NCBI GenBank assembly: GCA_964580435.1
Contig: CAZOKP010000003.1
Coordinates: 3,967 to 67,966, forward strand
Source of the DNA: an uncultured Eubacteriales bacterium
Lineage (GTDB): Bacteria; Acidobacteriota; Aminicenantia; Aminicenantales; UBA8522
DNA length: 64,000 nt
Direction: 5' to 3'
The notes below the pieces were generated by a model that had not been told where the DNA came from, did not search any database, and worked only from the letters and a program-made list of their open reading frames with translations. This document shows, piece by piece, positions 29,448-39,057 of the stretch (positions within the stretch are counted from its first letter, which is position 1; each line of letters starts with the position of its first letter). The position numbers and the translations under genes are program-made.

Positions 29448-30122
29448 TTGAACCCGAGAAGAGCCCCTTTCCTCATCCTCATCGGAATTCTGCTCGTCGG
29501 CATTTTATCAGGCGGCGCGCCGGCCCAGGAACAGAAGAGAGAGCACAAGCCGATTTCCAAGGATCGTATCTTCGAGTTTAATAGACTCGATGTCGTCGTG
29601 GACGACTTCAAAGCCCAGGGGTTCATCCTGGACATCGGCGGCGGAGGAGAGGGCGTGATCGGACAACTGAAGGGGGCGCAGGTGATCGCGATCGACCTCA
29701 GCAAAAGAGAACTAGAAGACGCGCCTCCTGGTCCAGCCTTGAAGATCGTCATGGACGCGCGGGACCTCAAGTTCCTCGACAAAACCTTTAATACGGCCAC
29801 AGTCTTCTTCACGTTTATGTACATCCAGAGCACCGACCATGAAAAAGTCTTTCGCGAACTCTATCGGGTGGTCGCGCCCGGCGGCCGCCTTCTGATCTGG
29901 GACGTCATGTTCCCGCCAAGAAAAAACGAGAAAAAAGACGTGGCCATGTTCCCGCTCAAAATCCAGCTGCCAGGAAAGACCATCGAGACGGGCTATGGTG
30001 TTTCCTGGCCGCCGCAGGAGCAAGGCCTGCCACATTATGCGGAACTGGGCAAACGGACAGGGTTTAAAGTAATCACCGGGGCGGAGAAAAAGGGCTGGTT
30101 CTTTCTCGAGCTCCAAAAATAA
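29448..30122 (+). CDS. Class I SAM-dependent methyltransferase with N-terminal signal/anchor sequence
   Basis: Glycine-rich SAM motif ILDIGGGGEGVIGQL and motif post-I/II (LLIWDV). An N-terminal hydrophobic segment after a TTG start is unusual for a methyltransferase. Confidence 0.55.
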   Translation: MNPRRAPFLILIGILLVGILSGGAPAQEQKREHKPISKDRIFEFNRLDVVVDDFKAQGFILDIGGGGEGVIGQLKGAQVIAIDLSKRELEDAPPGPALKIVMDARDLKFLDKTFNTATVFFTFMYIQSTDHEKVFRELYRVVAPGGRLLIWDVMFPPRKNEKKDVAMFPLKIQLPGKTIETGYGVSWPPQEQGLPHYAELGKRTGFKVITGAEKKGWFFLELQK

Positions 30123-30498
30123 GACAGGTTACGGCGCTTACAAGGTCGAGCTAACGGTTCTGGAAAAGCACGTCCTCGGGGCCACCGGAAAACGGACCGC
30201 CGCAACTAAGAATAGGGACGGCACTAAGACCCCTGTTCATGTCCAGAAGGACGTTCACGATTTTGCCTGGACAGCCACCACTCTCGAATCTTTGACTGCT
30301 CCTATGCCGTCGGGGCTGATCATTGAAATCTTCGCGACGCCGCAGAAGAATCTATAATAATCAAAACAGCAAGGCCAAGAAATCAAATGGAGAGCAACGC
30401 GCTATCGTTTGGTTTTTTATTGATTTCTCCTCTTCGTTATATAATTATGGTCGCTGTCCCCGGAATTCAAACGATACGAGTGGGAGAGAGAATACCAA

Positions 30499-31701
30499 AT
30501 GAAACGTCTTCATTGGAAAACATGGCTTCTTGTTCTCATCGTCGAGGTCACGATCAATGGACGTGCCTCGGCACAATTCCTGGATGATTTTAGCGGACTC
30601 CTGAAGAAAGACCCGACCGGCGCCACCGGCTGGGCGTTTTTTACGGGAGAAGGAAAGGCGACCATGGATTTCCGTCAAGGGGACGGTTACGCATCCATTC
30701 TGGTCGATGCGACCAAGGACCAGCGGAACGTCTGGTGGGCCCTGATCAAACGGAGAGTCTCCAGCGCTCTCGACCTCGGCCGCTTGAAGGAACCGGGCTA
30801 CGAGCTCCGCATCGAAGCGCGCATCCGGGTGAGCGACGCGCCGCGCCGGGTGAACCTTCATCTTAACACCCAAAAAACCGTCGATTTCCACACCCATATC
30901 ATGGAGTTCGATATCCCTGATACGGAGCGCTGGCATACCATCAGTATGACCACCCGCGATTTCGAGGCCGAGCCGGGAGACACCGTGAACGGCCAGCTCG
31001 CCCTCATGGATTGGGGGCTGGGAAAATATCGTGTGCATGTGGATGATTTTAAAGTGGATGTCGTGAATGTGGCGCTCGCTGGACCCGACCAGGGAGATCA
31101 AGTGCCCTACCATCCGCCCCTCCCGGACCCGAAGACGTTCGCGCATGTCGCCGCAGTGGCCGCAGACGGGATGGTCGACCTCCAATATCCGGACGTGAAC
31201 TTGAAGAACTGGTACGTTCAGGACGCGGGGAAAAAGACGCACGCGCTGACGGTGGGAGGTACCCAATTCGTCATCCTGCGCTGGGACCTTGGTTTTTTTG
31301 CCGGGAAAAAAGCGGCAGGCCACGGCCTGCTGGAACTTACGACCCGGTCGGTCGAGCGGACCTCGGACGACCGGCCCGATTTCGGGTTGATCAGAGTCGT
31401 CGAAATCCTGCGCGGTGACCCGAGCTGGGACAAAAAGACAGTCACCTTCAATAGTCTATGCCGGGGACAGCCTCTCGATCACGTCCTGAACCCTCAGATG
31501 ATCATCGATTGGCCTGTCACCGAAGGAGAGGGCGGCAAGACCTTCCTTACTATCTCAAGGCCGGTCCTGCAACGTTTGATCGATGGAAGAACCCTGGGAA
31601 TAGCCATCAGACCGCTGGGCGCCATAAGCGCGTCTTTTTATTCGCTGGAAAACGAAGGCGAAAAACTCAGCGCTAGGCTGCTTTTCAACGTGCTGGAATG
31701 A
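30499..31701 (+). CDS. Secreted hypothetical protein (400 aa)
   Basis: Clear signal peptide (MKRLHWKTWLLVLIVEVTINGRASA). No recognizable catalytic motifs. Confidence 0.5.
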   Translation: MKRLHWKTWLLVLIVEVTINGRASAQFLDDFSGLLKKDPTGATGWAFFTGEGKATMDFRQGDGYASILVDATKDQRNVWWALIKRRVSSALDLGRLKEPGYELRIEARIRVSDAPRRVNLHLNTQKTVDFHTHIMEFDIPDTERWHTISMTTRDFEAEPGDTVNGQLALMDWGLGKYRVHVDDFKVDVVNVALAGPDQGDQVPYHPPLPDPKTFAHVAAVAADGMVDLQYPDVNLKNWYVQDAGKKTHALTVGGTQFVILRWDLGFFAGKKAAGHGLLELTTRSVERTSDDRPDFGLIRVVEILRGDPSWDKKTVTFNSLCRGQPLDHVLNPQMIIDWPVTEGEGGKTFLTISRPVLQRLIDGRTLGIAIRPLGAISASFYSLENEGEKLSARLLFNVLE

Positions 31702-31732
31702 GGATCCGGGGAAAGGGGGAAAAGCAACCCTA

Positions 31733-32107
31733 TTAGAATTCCTCTTTCTCGCCGCCGTTTCCGCCGTCCTCCTCTCTTCCCTCTGCGCCATCTGCCTCTT
31801 CCATGGCCTCCTCTACGGACTGGTCAAAGTCCTCACCCATATCCTCGCCCATTTCTTTGCCCATATTCTTCATCCAGCGGGCGATGCTCTTGGGGTCCTT
31901 TTCATCCAGCCCGGCCAGCTTGGATGGATCGGCCAGGCTTTCCATGCGGCTTTCTTCGGAGCGAGAGACGGCCACGCGCGAGACGAGCTTCTCGAGGTTC
32001 GTGCTGCCGCATTTCCTGCATTTCGGGTCAAGTGCGGATTTAACCGAAAGGGTCACAAAAGTTGATTTTTTCCCGCAATCCCGGCAACGGTACTCGTATA
32101 TGGGCAA
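31733..32107 (-). CDS. FmdB-family zinc-ribbon protein with acidic C-terminal tail
   Basis: PIYEYRCRDCGKKST…CRKCGS CxxC…CxxC ribbon. The proposed TTG start at 32107 (preceded by AGGAG 7 nt upstream) gives the family-typical M-PIYEY N-terminus. It also removes the overlap with the upstream gene. Confidence 0.6.
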   Translation of the reverse strand: MPIYEYRCRDCGKKSTFVTLSVKSALDPKCRKCGSTNLEKLVSRVAVSRSEESRMESLADPSKLAGLDEKDPKSIARWMKNMGKEMGEDMGEDFDQSVEEAMEEADGAEGREEDGGNGGEKEEF

Positions 32108-32117
32108 GGCCGAACTC

Positions 32118-33011
32118 CTAAATGAGAATGTCCTCTTGCCAGCCGATCTTGACAAGCTCTATGCGGTCGGGGCCGCTGACTCCGAGCCGGTGCCTTGTGT
32201 CCGCATAGACGATGTGGTGCGCCGGCGGCTGCAGCGGACGCTCTTCTCCAAAGAACTTAAGACGCTTGGCCTGCAAAACTCTGACTCCGGTGGCATCAAC
32301 AGCGACAGGATCATGGCCAACGAGAATCCCTTTATACGGCCAGACATATTCGGCGCTGTAGTGATGAGGGCCAATCCCATGGAAGAGAGGAGTCAGCAGG
32401 AGAAGAATATTCAGCCTGGTTTTGCCCTTGATAGAAGGAAGATTCCAGATCGTGCCTAAATCCGCGCAAGCATCGGCGTGATAATCCCAAGGCCTGGGGA
32501 CGAACATGATCATGTTCTTGATGCAACCGCCCATGCCGGCCCAATGGTGGGTCCGCGCCGGCCGGGCATTGATGAGGACCGTGGCATTCTGGAAAATCCG
32601 GTCTCTCAGCACTCCCCTGTCATTGACCGCGATGCGCTCTTCGGGAATGCCGACATCCATGACCCGCCGTTTGAGCGACTGCTCGACAGCCGGCCCTGTC
32701 GGGAGATAATTCCAAACGTTGGTTTTAATGCCCACGGTGTCCGAAGGCTTGACGATCTTCCGCCAGGCATCGGCAGGAGTTTTCTCGCCGAAAAGCGTCA
32801 TGATCGCATCATCGAGCATCTTCTGGATGACCTCAGGGTTTTGCTTCCCCGAAGAATCAAGCGCCTCCTGGTCGCGGACCAGGACAACCCTGGCTTTGTC
32901 CGCAGGCGCTTTCTCGAAAACCCCTTTGAGGCCGGGCGCAACGGCGCCAGCCAACGGGGCGATTGCGGCCATTCTTAAAAAATCGCGACGCGTCAGGATT
33001 TTTATCGCCAT
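32118..33011 (-). CDS. Tat-signal DUF362-like domain protein
   Basis: Twin-arginine motif (TRRDFLRMAAIAPLAGA). The conserved HHWAGMGGCIKN region is reminiscent of DUF362. Confidence 0.45.
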   Translation of the reverse strand: MAIKILTRRDFLRMAAIAPLAGAVAPGLKGVFEKAPADKARVVLVRDQEALDSSGKQNPEVIQKMLDDAIMTLFGEKTPADAWRKIVKPSDTVGIKTNVWNYLPTGPAVEQSLKRRVMDVGIPEERIAVNDRGVLRDRIFQNATVLINARPARTHHWAGMGGCIKNMIMFVPRPWDYHADACADLGTIWNLPSIKGKTRLNILLLLTPLFHGIGPHHYSAEYVWPYKGILVGHDPVAVDATGVRVLQAKRLKFFGEERPLQPPAHHIVYADTRHRLGVSGPDRIELVKIGWQEDILI

Positions 33012-33061
33012 GCCTTCTCCTCCATGGTTACAAAAATATTCTATCCTGTTTCTTTATAATG

Positions 33062-33985
33062 TCATTCAACAATTTTATCCACGACTGAAGCGACAATATT
33101 TCTCGCCTGAGCAGGCGAAAGAACATCGAAAATAATAGCGAGATAGTTGTCCTTATTTTTGACCGCGGTCCATTTTTTGTCCTCGGTCTGGACTAACCCC
33201 GTTTCCGCGGCATCGGGCATATAGGCCTTGGCAAAGCTTTGAAGAGCAAGGACGGCTGCATGGGCGTCAGGATAGCGGACGATCAGCACTAAAACATTGT
33301 CCGGCTTGTCCCCGGAAGAAGCGAGCACCGCTTCTGTTTTCTGGTCGAGAAGGAGGATGTTCTCGGCCGAGACAAAGAAATGATAGTTCAGGATCAAATG
33401 GTTGTGGAAATAGCGGACCCTCTTGAGGTCAAAACCGTCCGGCACATAAGAAAGAAGGGCTGGCTTCTTTCCCTGCGCAGGGATGGCTGAAGCAATCGCT
33501 TCACCCAAATCTAAAAGGGCGAGCTTCGATGCGGGCGTCTCCGCCTCGGCATAGAGAGAAACAAAATAACGGTCTTTCCACAGAGAAAGCAGTCCTCCTT
33601 TGTACACAGCGTCCTGCCCAATCTCCAGGGCTTCTCCTTCGAGGTCGTGAGTAAAGACGCCGAAGGCGTCACTGGCGGTGCCCAGGTCAAAGAAATCGGC
33701 GATAAGGTTGGGTTCTCCCTCTTTGAAATAGCGCCTGGCGACGAGCCTCTCGAAATTGTAGGCCCGGTAGACTTCCCCTGCTCCATCGATATACTCAAAA
33801 ATTGTCTCTGGATTATAGGACTCGTCTTTACCCTCGGCACGCCAGCCGTTTATTTCCAGGGGCAAGAAACGGCTCAGAGTGTTCGCTTCCTCCGCGTTCT
33901 TTCCCATAAGATTATGGCCGCCTCCTCCAAATAGGATTAAAACCAAGCCAACAAGAATAATGAATGGGCGTGCTTCCCGGCGCAT
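33062..33985 (-). CDS. Secreted hypothetical protein (307 aa)
   Basis: N-terminal signal/anchor (MRREARPFIILVGLVLILFGG). No recognizable motifs. Confidence 0.45.
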   Translation of the reverse strand: MRREARPFIILVGLVLILFGGGGHNLMGKNAEEANTLSRFLPLEINGWRAEGKDESYNPETIFEYIDGAGEVYRAYNFERLVARRYFKEGEPNLIADFFDLGTASDAFGVFTHDLEGEALEIGQDAVYKGGLLSLWKDRYFVSLYAEAETPASKLALLDLGEAIASAIPAQGKKPALLSYVPDGFDLKRVRYFHNHLILNYHFFVSAENILLLDQKTEAVLASSGDKPDNVLVLIVRYPDAHAAVLALQSFAKAYMPDAAETGLVQTEDKKWTAVKNKDNYLAIIFDVLSPAQARNIVASVVDKIVE

Positions 33986-34060
33986 GGGAAGCCATTTTAC
34001 CAGATTCGTTCTCTTTCGTCGAACCTAGGTTAATGCCGAAAATTGCTGCAAGGGCTCGGC

Positions 34061-34186
34061 AATGGGTGGCGCGGCTGGGGGGCCCCCCGACCCCGGAGCG
34101 TTTCATGCCTCCGGAATTTGTGTTTGCATAATCAACAAAATGGGCCGCGAGGATGGCGGGGGGATGCCGCGACAGGACCCGTTGGC
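34061..34186. repeat. GC-rich ~130-nt intergenic repeat element, copy B
   Basis: See copy A. It lies between two minus-strand genes (GH2 and a secreted protein). It contains the palindrome GGGGGGCCCCCC and a CCGGAG-N10-CTCCGG hairpin. Confidence 0.6.
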
Positions 34187-34208
34187 CAGCCCTTGCGGCA
34201 GCCGCTGC

Positions 34209-36023
34209 CTATTCGATGGCGGCTTTTTGCTGGTTGACGCGCCTGAACGAGTCGGGGTTGAATTTGGGCTTGCGGTCAAACGAGTAGAGTCCGTTCACCT
34301 CTTGTTCGATATCATAAAGCTGGGTATAGCAGAAGCCGGCTACCTTAGGGTTAAAAAGGAGCGCTTCGGTGAGCTGTTTGTATCGTTCAAGAAATTCCTC
34401 CGCGGTTCTCGGCCTTTCGCCGTAGCCCCAGGCTTTGTCGTCCTTCTGGCCGGGGTTCCACCAGATACCGCCGTATTCACTGACGTAGTAGGGCTGACCC
34501 TGATAAGGTCTATTTGGTTCCCTCTCGCCGTTGACAAAAACAACGGGGGGCGTCTGGAGCAGGCCATCATATGCTGCTTTGAATTTTGCCCCATCCTGGT
34601 CATAGTTATGAGAATCGTAAACATCGGGAGAAGCGAAGTGATATCCGCCTGACGAATCGATGACAAGACGGGCTGGGTCGAGGAGCTTGGTGAAATGGAA
34701 GACGTTCTCGATGATTCCCGGGAAGGAAAGCTCCCATCGTTCGTTCAGCGGACACCAGCCGATGAGGGCGGGATGATTGAAATCCCGTTCCATCGCTTCG
34801 CCCCATTGACGCGCTAAGGTGAGGTAACATTCAGGCCGGGAGAGGTCGAGACCCCAGTCGGGGAATTCTCCCCAGACGAGGTAGCCCAGCCTGTCGGCCC
34901 AGTAGAGGAACCGGCGCTCAAAAACACGCTGATGGAGCCGGGCACCGTCAAACCCCACGCCCAGGGAGATCTCAATATCATTCCTGAGCGCCTGGTCCGA
35001 GGGAGCCGTATAGATCCCATCGGGATAAAATCCCTGGTCGAGGATGGTACGGAGGAACAGGGGCCTATTGTTGAGATAAATCTTGTTCCCGCGGGCCTCG
35101 ATTTTTCTCAACCCAAGATAGCCGCTGACTCTATCCTCTTCGCGATTCTCGAGGAGATAGACGATTTCAAGGTCATAAAGGTACGGTTGGCGGACACTCC
35201 AAAGTTTGGCGTTTTTCAATTTGACCGAAAAAAAGACGCGCCGGGCCGCCTTTTTTTGGGCGGCGTATTCTTCTTTGCCCTTAGCGCTGACGCGGAGGCG
35301 CAGAATCCCTTCTTCCGGGGATTGAGGAAGCTCAACAAAAACCAGCGCTTCTCCGTTGTCCGCATCGGGATAGACCCTATACTTGTCGATAAAGTTGGGA
35401 GCTACGGGCTCCAGCCAGACCGTCTGCCAGATGCCTGTCGTCCTCCGGTAGAGACAACTGTAGGAATGCAGGCGCTGGCACTGCTTTCCGGCGGGCTGGA
35501 GTCCGCTCCTGACATCATCATAGGCTTTGACCACGAGGAGGTTTTCGCCCGAACTCAAAAGGTGGGTCACATCAAAAGTGAAGGGCGTGTAGCCGCCCTC
35601 GTGTTCTCCGGCTTTTTTCCCGTTCACCCAGACGGTCGTCTTGTAGTCGCAGGCTTCAAAATGAAGCAGGACTCTTTTCTCTTTCCAGCTCTTGGGCAGG
35701 GCAAAGGTCCGTTTGTACCAGACCGCTTTCATGAAATCCAAGTTGCCTATTCCGGACAGCGGGCTTTCGGGCGCAAAGGGCACGAGAATTTTCTTGTCGA
35801 ACCCTTCCCCCCGGACGAAATCTCTTTCTTCGCCGCTGTCGGAAAGGTCGAGGGCGAAATCCCACCAGCCGTTCAAGCAGAGCCAGTCCGCCCTCACCAT
35901 TTCCGGCCTGGGGTATTCGGGCCTGGGAATATCAGCGGAAAAAAGACCACTCTTTATTCCAAAAAATACGGATAAAACAAGGGCAAAAAAAAGTGCCCTT
36001 TTTGAAATTATCGATCTCATCAC
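34209..36023 (-). CDS. Secreted glycoside hydrolase family 2 protein (beta-galactosidase/beta-glucuronidase-like)
   Basis: Signal peptide, then the GH2 sugar-binding N-domain signature (…WWDFALD…FEACDYKTTVWVNGKKAGEHEGGYTPFTFDVT…). A TIM-barrel region contains NEP/catalytic Glu context. Confidence 0.75.
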   Translation of the reverse strand: MMRSIISKRALFFALVLSVFFGIKSGLFSADIPRPEYPRPEMVRADWLCLNGWWDFALDLSDSGEERDFVRGEGFDKKILVPFAPESPLSGIGNLDFMKAVWYKRTFALPKSWKEKRVLLHFEACDYKTTVWVNGKKAGEHEGGYTPFTFDVTHLLSSGENLLVVKAYDDVRSGLQPAGKQCQRLHSYSCLYRRTTGIWQTVWLEPVAPNFIDKYRVYPDADNGEALVFVELPQSPEEGILRLRVSAKGKEEYAAQKKAARRVFFSVKLKNAKLWSVRQPYLYDLEIVYLLENREEDRVSGYLGLRKIEARGNKIYLNNRPLFLRTILDQGFYPDGIYTAPSDQALRNDIEISLGVGFDGARLHQRVFERRFLYWADRLGYLVWGEFPDWGLDLSRPECYLTLARQWGEAMERDFNHPALIGWCPLNERWELSFPGIIENVFHFTKLLDPARLVIDSSGGYHFASPDVYDSHNYDQDGAKFKAAYDGLLQTPPVVFVNGEREPNRPYQGQPYYVSEYGGIWWNPGQKDDKAWGYGERPRTAEEFLERYKQLTEALLFNPKVAGFCYTQLYDIEQEVNGLYSFDRKPKFNPDSFRRVNQQKAAIE

Positions 36024-36121
36024 TGCTCCCCTTTAAATGCATCGTCTCTTTGTTCAAGATACATCTTAAAGTCTGACATCTATCTTAAGAGGATGGGCGG
36101 CACGGCACCCATCTATTATTA

Positions 36122-38470
36122 CTACTTATCGCGGCGAAGTTCGCCGGCTTTGATGGCAGTGTGAACGAATTTGCCCAAGAATCGGAGCGCTTCGTCCGCA
36201 CGCCTGAAGACGGGGACTCCGGCTTCCTCCAAAAGGTCCACCAACGGCTGGTAGAGTGCTCCGGCATCGATATTGACAACAAAAGGCTTGCCGGATTTTT
36301 GGAAGATATCGGCCAGGCGGCTTCCGATGCTTTGGGGACTATACATATTTTCGCCGTGAGACTCTCCGGGAGCCAATGTCTGCAACGCGGCCGCCATCGG
36401 CACGGGTGAAACAACAGCGCAGTCGACGCCCTCATCGGCCAGCATCGCTTCGACACAGCCCGCAAAGGCCGCATCATCCGCCACAGGAGTAATATCCAGC
36501 GGGTTGCGAATATCCTGGAGCCGGTCGATGCCCAGCGGCTGGAGATATTTTGCCAGAGCTGACCGTGTTCGTTCCGAAAAAGAAGCCACCTCCAGCGCCG
36601 ACCCATTCTTGAGGCTGTCCGCTAGGATCACGCATTCATACCCGGCGTTGCTGATCAGTCCGACGCGCTTTCCGGCTGGGCTCTTGGCTGCCAGAGGCAA
36701 CAGGTTTTTCAAGGCGTTTTCAAACTCTGCGAGCGTCTCGGCCACGAAGACTCCTGCGCTCTTCAAGACCGCACGGCAGACCGCATAGTCACCCGCAACA
36801 GAGGCGGTATGACTCGAGGTCGCCTGCTTGCCCTCAGGAGTCCTGCCGCTTTTATAGACCACGACCATCTTCCCTTCAAGGACGGCCTCTTTGGCAGCCC
36901 TGGCCAGGGAAAGGCCGTCTCCCGGTTTAAATCCTTCGATATAAAGGGCGCAGAGAGAAATATCCGGTCTGCTTTTGAAATAGTCCAGGTAATCGGAAGC
37001 CGTCAGGTCGAGCTGGTTGCCGAGCGAAACGGCGTAGAGAGGTTCCGCCTGAGGTATCTTGCTCATCCGCGAGGCCATGAACGCTCCGCTCTGGCTGATA
37101 TAGGCCAGGCGGGGGTTTCTTTTCTTCGGCGGCGCCAGTTTGTACCAGGGGATGAAAGTCGTGTCATATCGTCCCGGCCCTGAATAGATTCCCATGCAGT
37201 TCCCGCCGTTAACCACGGGTGTGAGCTTTCCTTCCTTGCGGCTCTCCAACAAGAGGCCTTGGATCTTTGCCTCCAGGGCTTCCGTCCCCTTTTTCTCTCC
37301 GATTCCTGAGGCGATGAGGATGACGGAGCGGGCTTTTTCTGCCGTTATCAATTGTTCCATCAAGCCAACGCTCTGGTCGGCCGATAGCGTCAAAACAAAG
37401 AGGTCGACTGCCTCGGGCAGGTCGGCGACCGTCGGGACACAGAGGCAGCCCTCGATCTCCTCAATCCCCAGTTTGACGACATAGACGCGTTCCTTGGGAA
37501 ATCCTTCTCTCAGGATGTTGTTCAAGATGAAGTGCCCGAGGTTCATTCTTTCAGAAACTCCGATGATGCCGATCGACTCGGGATGAAGGAGATGGTCGAT
37601 GCGTTCATACAGGCGCGTTTTGGCCTTCTCCCGGAGTCTCGAAAAGCGGCACATCCCGTCAAGGGGGATTAGTTTTCCGGCTCGAACGACAAGAGGATTG
37701 ACCTCTGCTTCTTCGATAACATAGGGAGAGCTCTTGACGTAAGGAGAAAAGGACTTGGCCAGCCTTCGAAAACGGTCATAGGCCTCAACCAGCGCTTTCT
37801 CTTGGAGCAACGCTTTCCCACCCCTGAAGCCTTTGGTCAGCTTATCATAGAAAGCCAGGGGCTCGAGCAAATGGAGGATTTGTTTTTTGCCCAGGAGATG
37901 GGCCGACCCGATCCCGACAGCATGCTCTTCCTTTATCCTTTCATTGACGTATTCAACGTCGAGTCCTCCCAGGCCCATGGTGACGACCGGCCCGAACTCT
38001 CTGGAGCGGCGAATGCCCAGCAACAGCTCTGAGCCGAAGCCAACGTTCAGATAGGGCACTCTTTCCAAGACCAGGGTACCCCGGATATCCGGTTCGGTCT
38101 TCTGGAGGGAAGGCCTCCTTGCAGTGCCGAATGCCTTGGTCCATTCCGCGTATCTTATTGGAACCTCGGCCAGCATCCGTTTGATGGCCCGGTTGACCTC
38201 GCCCGCCTTGTTTTTGACAAAAGCAACGCCCCTTACATCTGTTTTATGGATGATGGAGGGAGAGACGATCTTGAGGACCACCTGGTCGGACCGAAGGGCC
38301 GCGAGTTTCTCGGGAATAGCCTTTTCTCCCTTTTTGACAAAGAAAAAACGCGGCACTTCGATTCCCAAGGCCCTGAGGAGGGCATAAACTTCGTGCTCCA
38401 GGAGGAAACTTCTCTGGTCGGTTTCGGCCACCTCTAAAATTCTTATGATCTTTTGCCTATCCGCGTTCAT
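36122..38470 (-). CDS. acd: ADP-forming acetyl-/acyl-CoA synthetase (NDP-forming acyl-CoA ligase; fused subunits)
   Basis: 782 aa with ATP-grasp and CoA-binding/ligase-CoA regions. It lies directly downstream of, and co-oriented with, iorAB. Confidence 0.7.
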   Translation of the reverse strand: MNADRQKIIRILEVAETDQRSFLLEHEVYALLRALGIEVPRFFFVKKGEKAIPEKLAALRSDQVVLKIVSPSIIHKTDVRGVAFVKNKAGEVNRAIKRMLAEVPIRYAEWTKAFGTARRPSLQKTEPDIRGTLVLERVPYLNVGFGSELLLGIRRSREFGPVVTMGLGGLDVEYVNERIKEEHAVGIGSAHLLGKKQILHLLEPLAFYDKLTKGFRGGKALLQEKALVEAYDRFRRLAKSFSPYVKSSPYVIEEAEVNPLVVRAGKLIPLDGMCRFSRLREKAKTRLYERIDHLLHPESIGIIGVSERMNLGHFILNNILREGFPKERVYVVKLGIEEIEGCLCVPTVADLPEAVDLFVLTLSADQSVGLMEQLITAEKARSVILIASGIGEKKGTEALEAKIQGLLLESRKEGKLTPVVNGGNCMGIYSGPGRYDTTFIPWYKLAPPKKRNPRLAYISQSGAFMASRMSKIPQAEPLYAVSLGNQLDLTASDYLDYFKSRPDISLCALYIEGFKPGDGLSLARAAKEAVLEGKMVVVYKSGRTPEGKQATSSHTASVAGDYAVCRAVLKSAGVFVAETLAEFENALKNLLPLAAKSPAGKRVGLISNAGYECVILADSLKNGSALEVASFSERTRSALAKYLQPLGIDRLQDIRNPLDITPVADDAAFAGCVEAMLADEGVDCAVVSPVPMAAALQTLAPGESHGENMYSPQSIGSRLADIFQKSGKPFVVNIDAGALYQPLVDLLEEAGVPVFRRADEALRFLGKFVHTAIKAGELRRDK

Positions 38471-39057
38471 CTTTTTCTCGCTGGAGAGCCGGAAGCTTCG
38501 CGGCCGAGCTCGAAGGCCCTGAGATTGGCCGCGACAATATTCTCTCCCCTGGCCTTGAAGAGCATTCCAATGAACTCAATAAGATTGTCCTTTTTTACCA
38601 TGAGCAACCCAGACGCTGCTCCCAGCATGACCATGTTCTGCGTGCGCGAGGAGCCCGCCTCCCTGGCCAGTTCTTCCGAATCGATGAGGAGGTGACGTCC
38701 CGCTTGGCAGATGGCGGACAGGATCTTCTCTAGGTCAGGATAATCCGGTATGTTCACAAAGGGAGATCGGCTCGAAATCACCGTGCCCTCGGGCCGGAGA
38801 TAATCCAAATAGCGGAGGGCTTCCAGAGGCTCGACGCTCAAAATAAGGTCGGCTTCGCCCTTGGGAATCAGGTCGCTGAAAATATGCTCCTGGGAGAGCC
38901 GGAGATGCGATTGGACGGCTCCGCCGCGCTGCGACATCCCGTGAACCTCGGCCTGTTTGACCGTGAGGCCTTCTTTGAGAGCGGCGTTGTCAATGACAAA
39001 AGCGATCGAGAGGATCCCCTGCCCTCCGACACCGGCCAAGATGATATCCTGCTTCAT
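38467..39057 (-). CDS. iorB: Indolepyruvate:ferredoxin oxidoreductase beta subunit (2-oxoacid:Fd oxidoreductase gamma-type)
   Basis: MKQDIILAGVGGQGILSIAFVI… motif, 196 aa. Overlaps neighbours by 4 nt and 0 nt. Confidence 0.8.
   Translation of the reverse strand: MKQDIILAGVGGQGILSIAFVIDNAALKEGLTVKQAEVHGMSQRGGAVQSHLRLSQEHIFSDLIPKGEADLILSVEPLEALRYLDYLRPEGTVISSRSPFVNIPDYPDLEKILSAICQAGRHLLIDSEELAREAGSSRTQNMVMLGAASGLLMVKKDNLIEFIGMLFKARGENIVAANLRAFELGREASGSPARKR

Noticed and set aside
30073-30357. 95-codon open frame (no start codon) immediately after the methyltransferase gene, translating to a vaguely hydrolase-like C-terminal peptide (…VHVQKDVHDFAWTA…)
   Set aside because: No start codon and no RBS. 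Similarity is impressionistic and could be chance in GC-rich DNA. A gene remnant is possible but unsupported.
36024-36121. Hairpin GGATGGG-cggcacggca-CCCATC downstream of the acd gene as terminator
   Set aside because: Stem is present, but the downstream U-tract on the minus strand is poor (CUCUUAAGAUAG). Possibly a weak or factor-dependent terminator. Not called as a feature.
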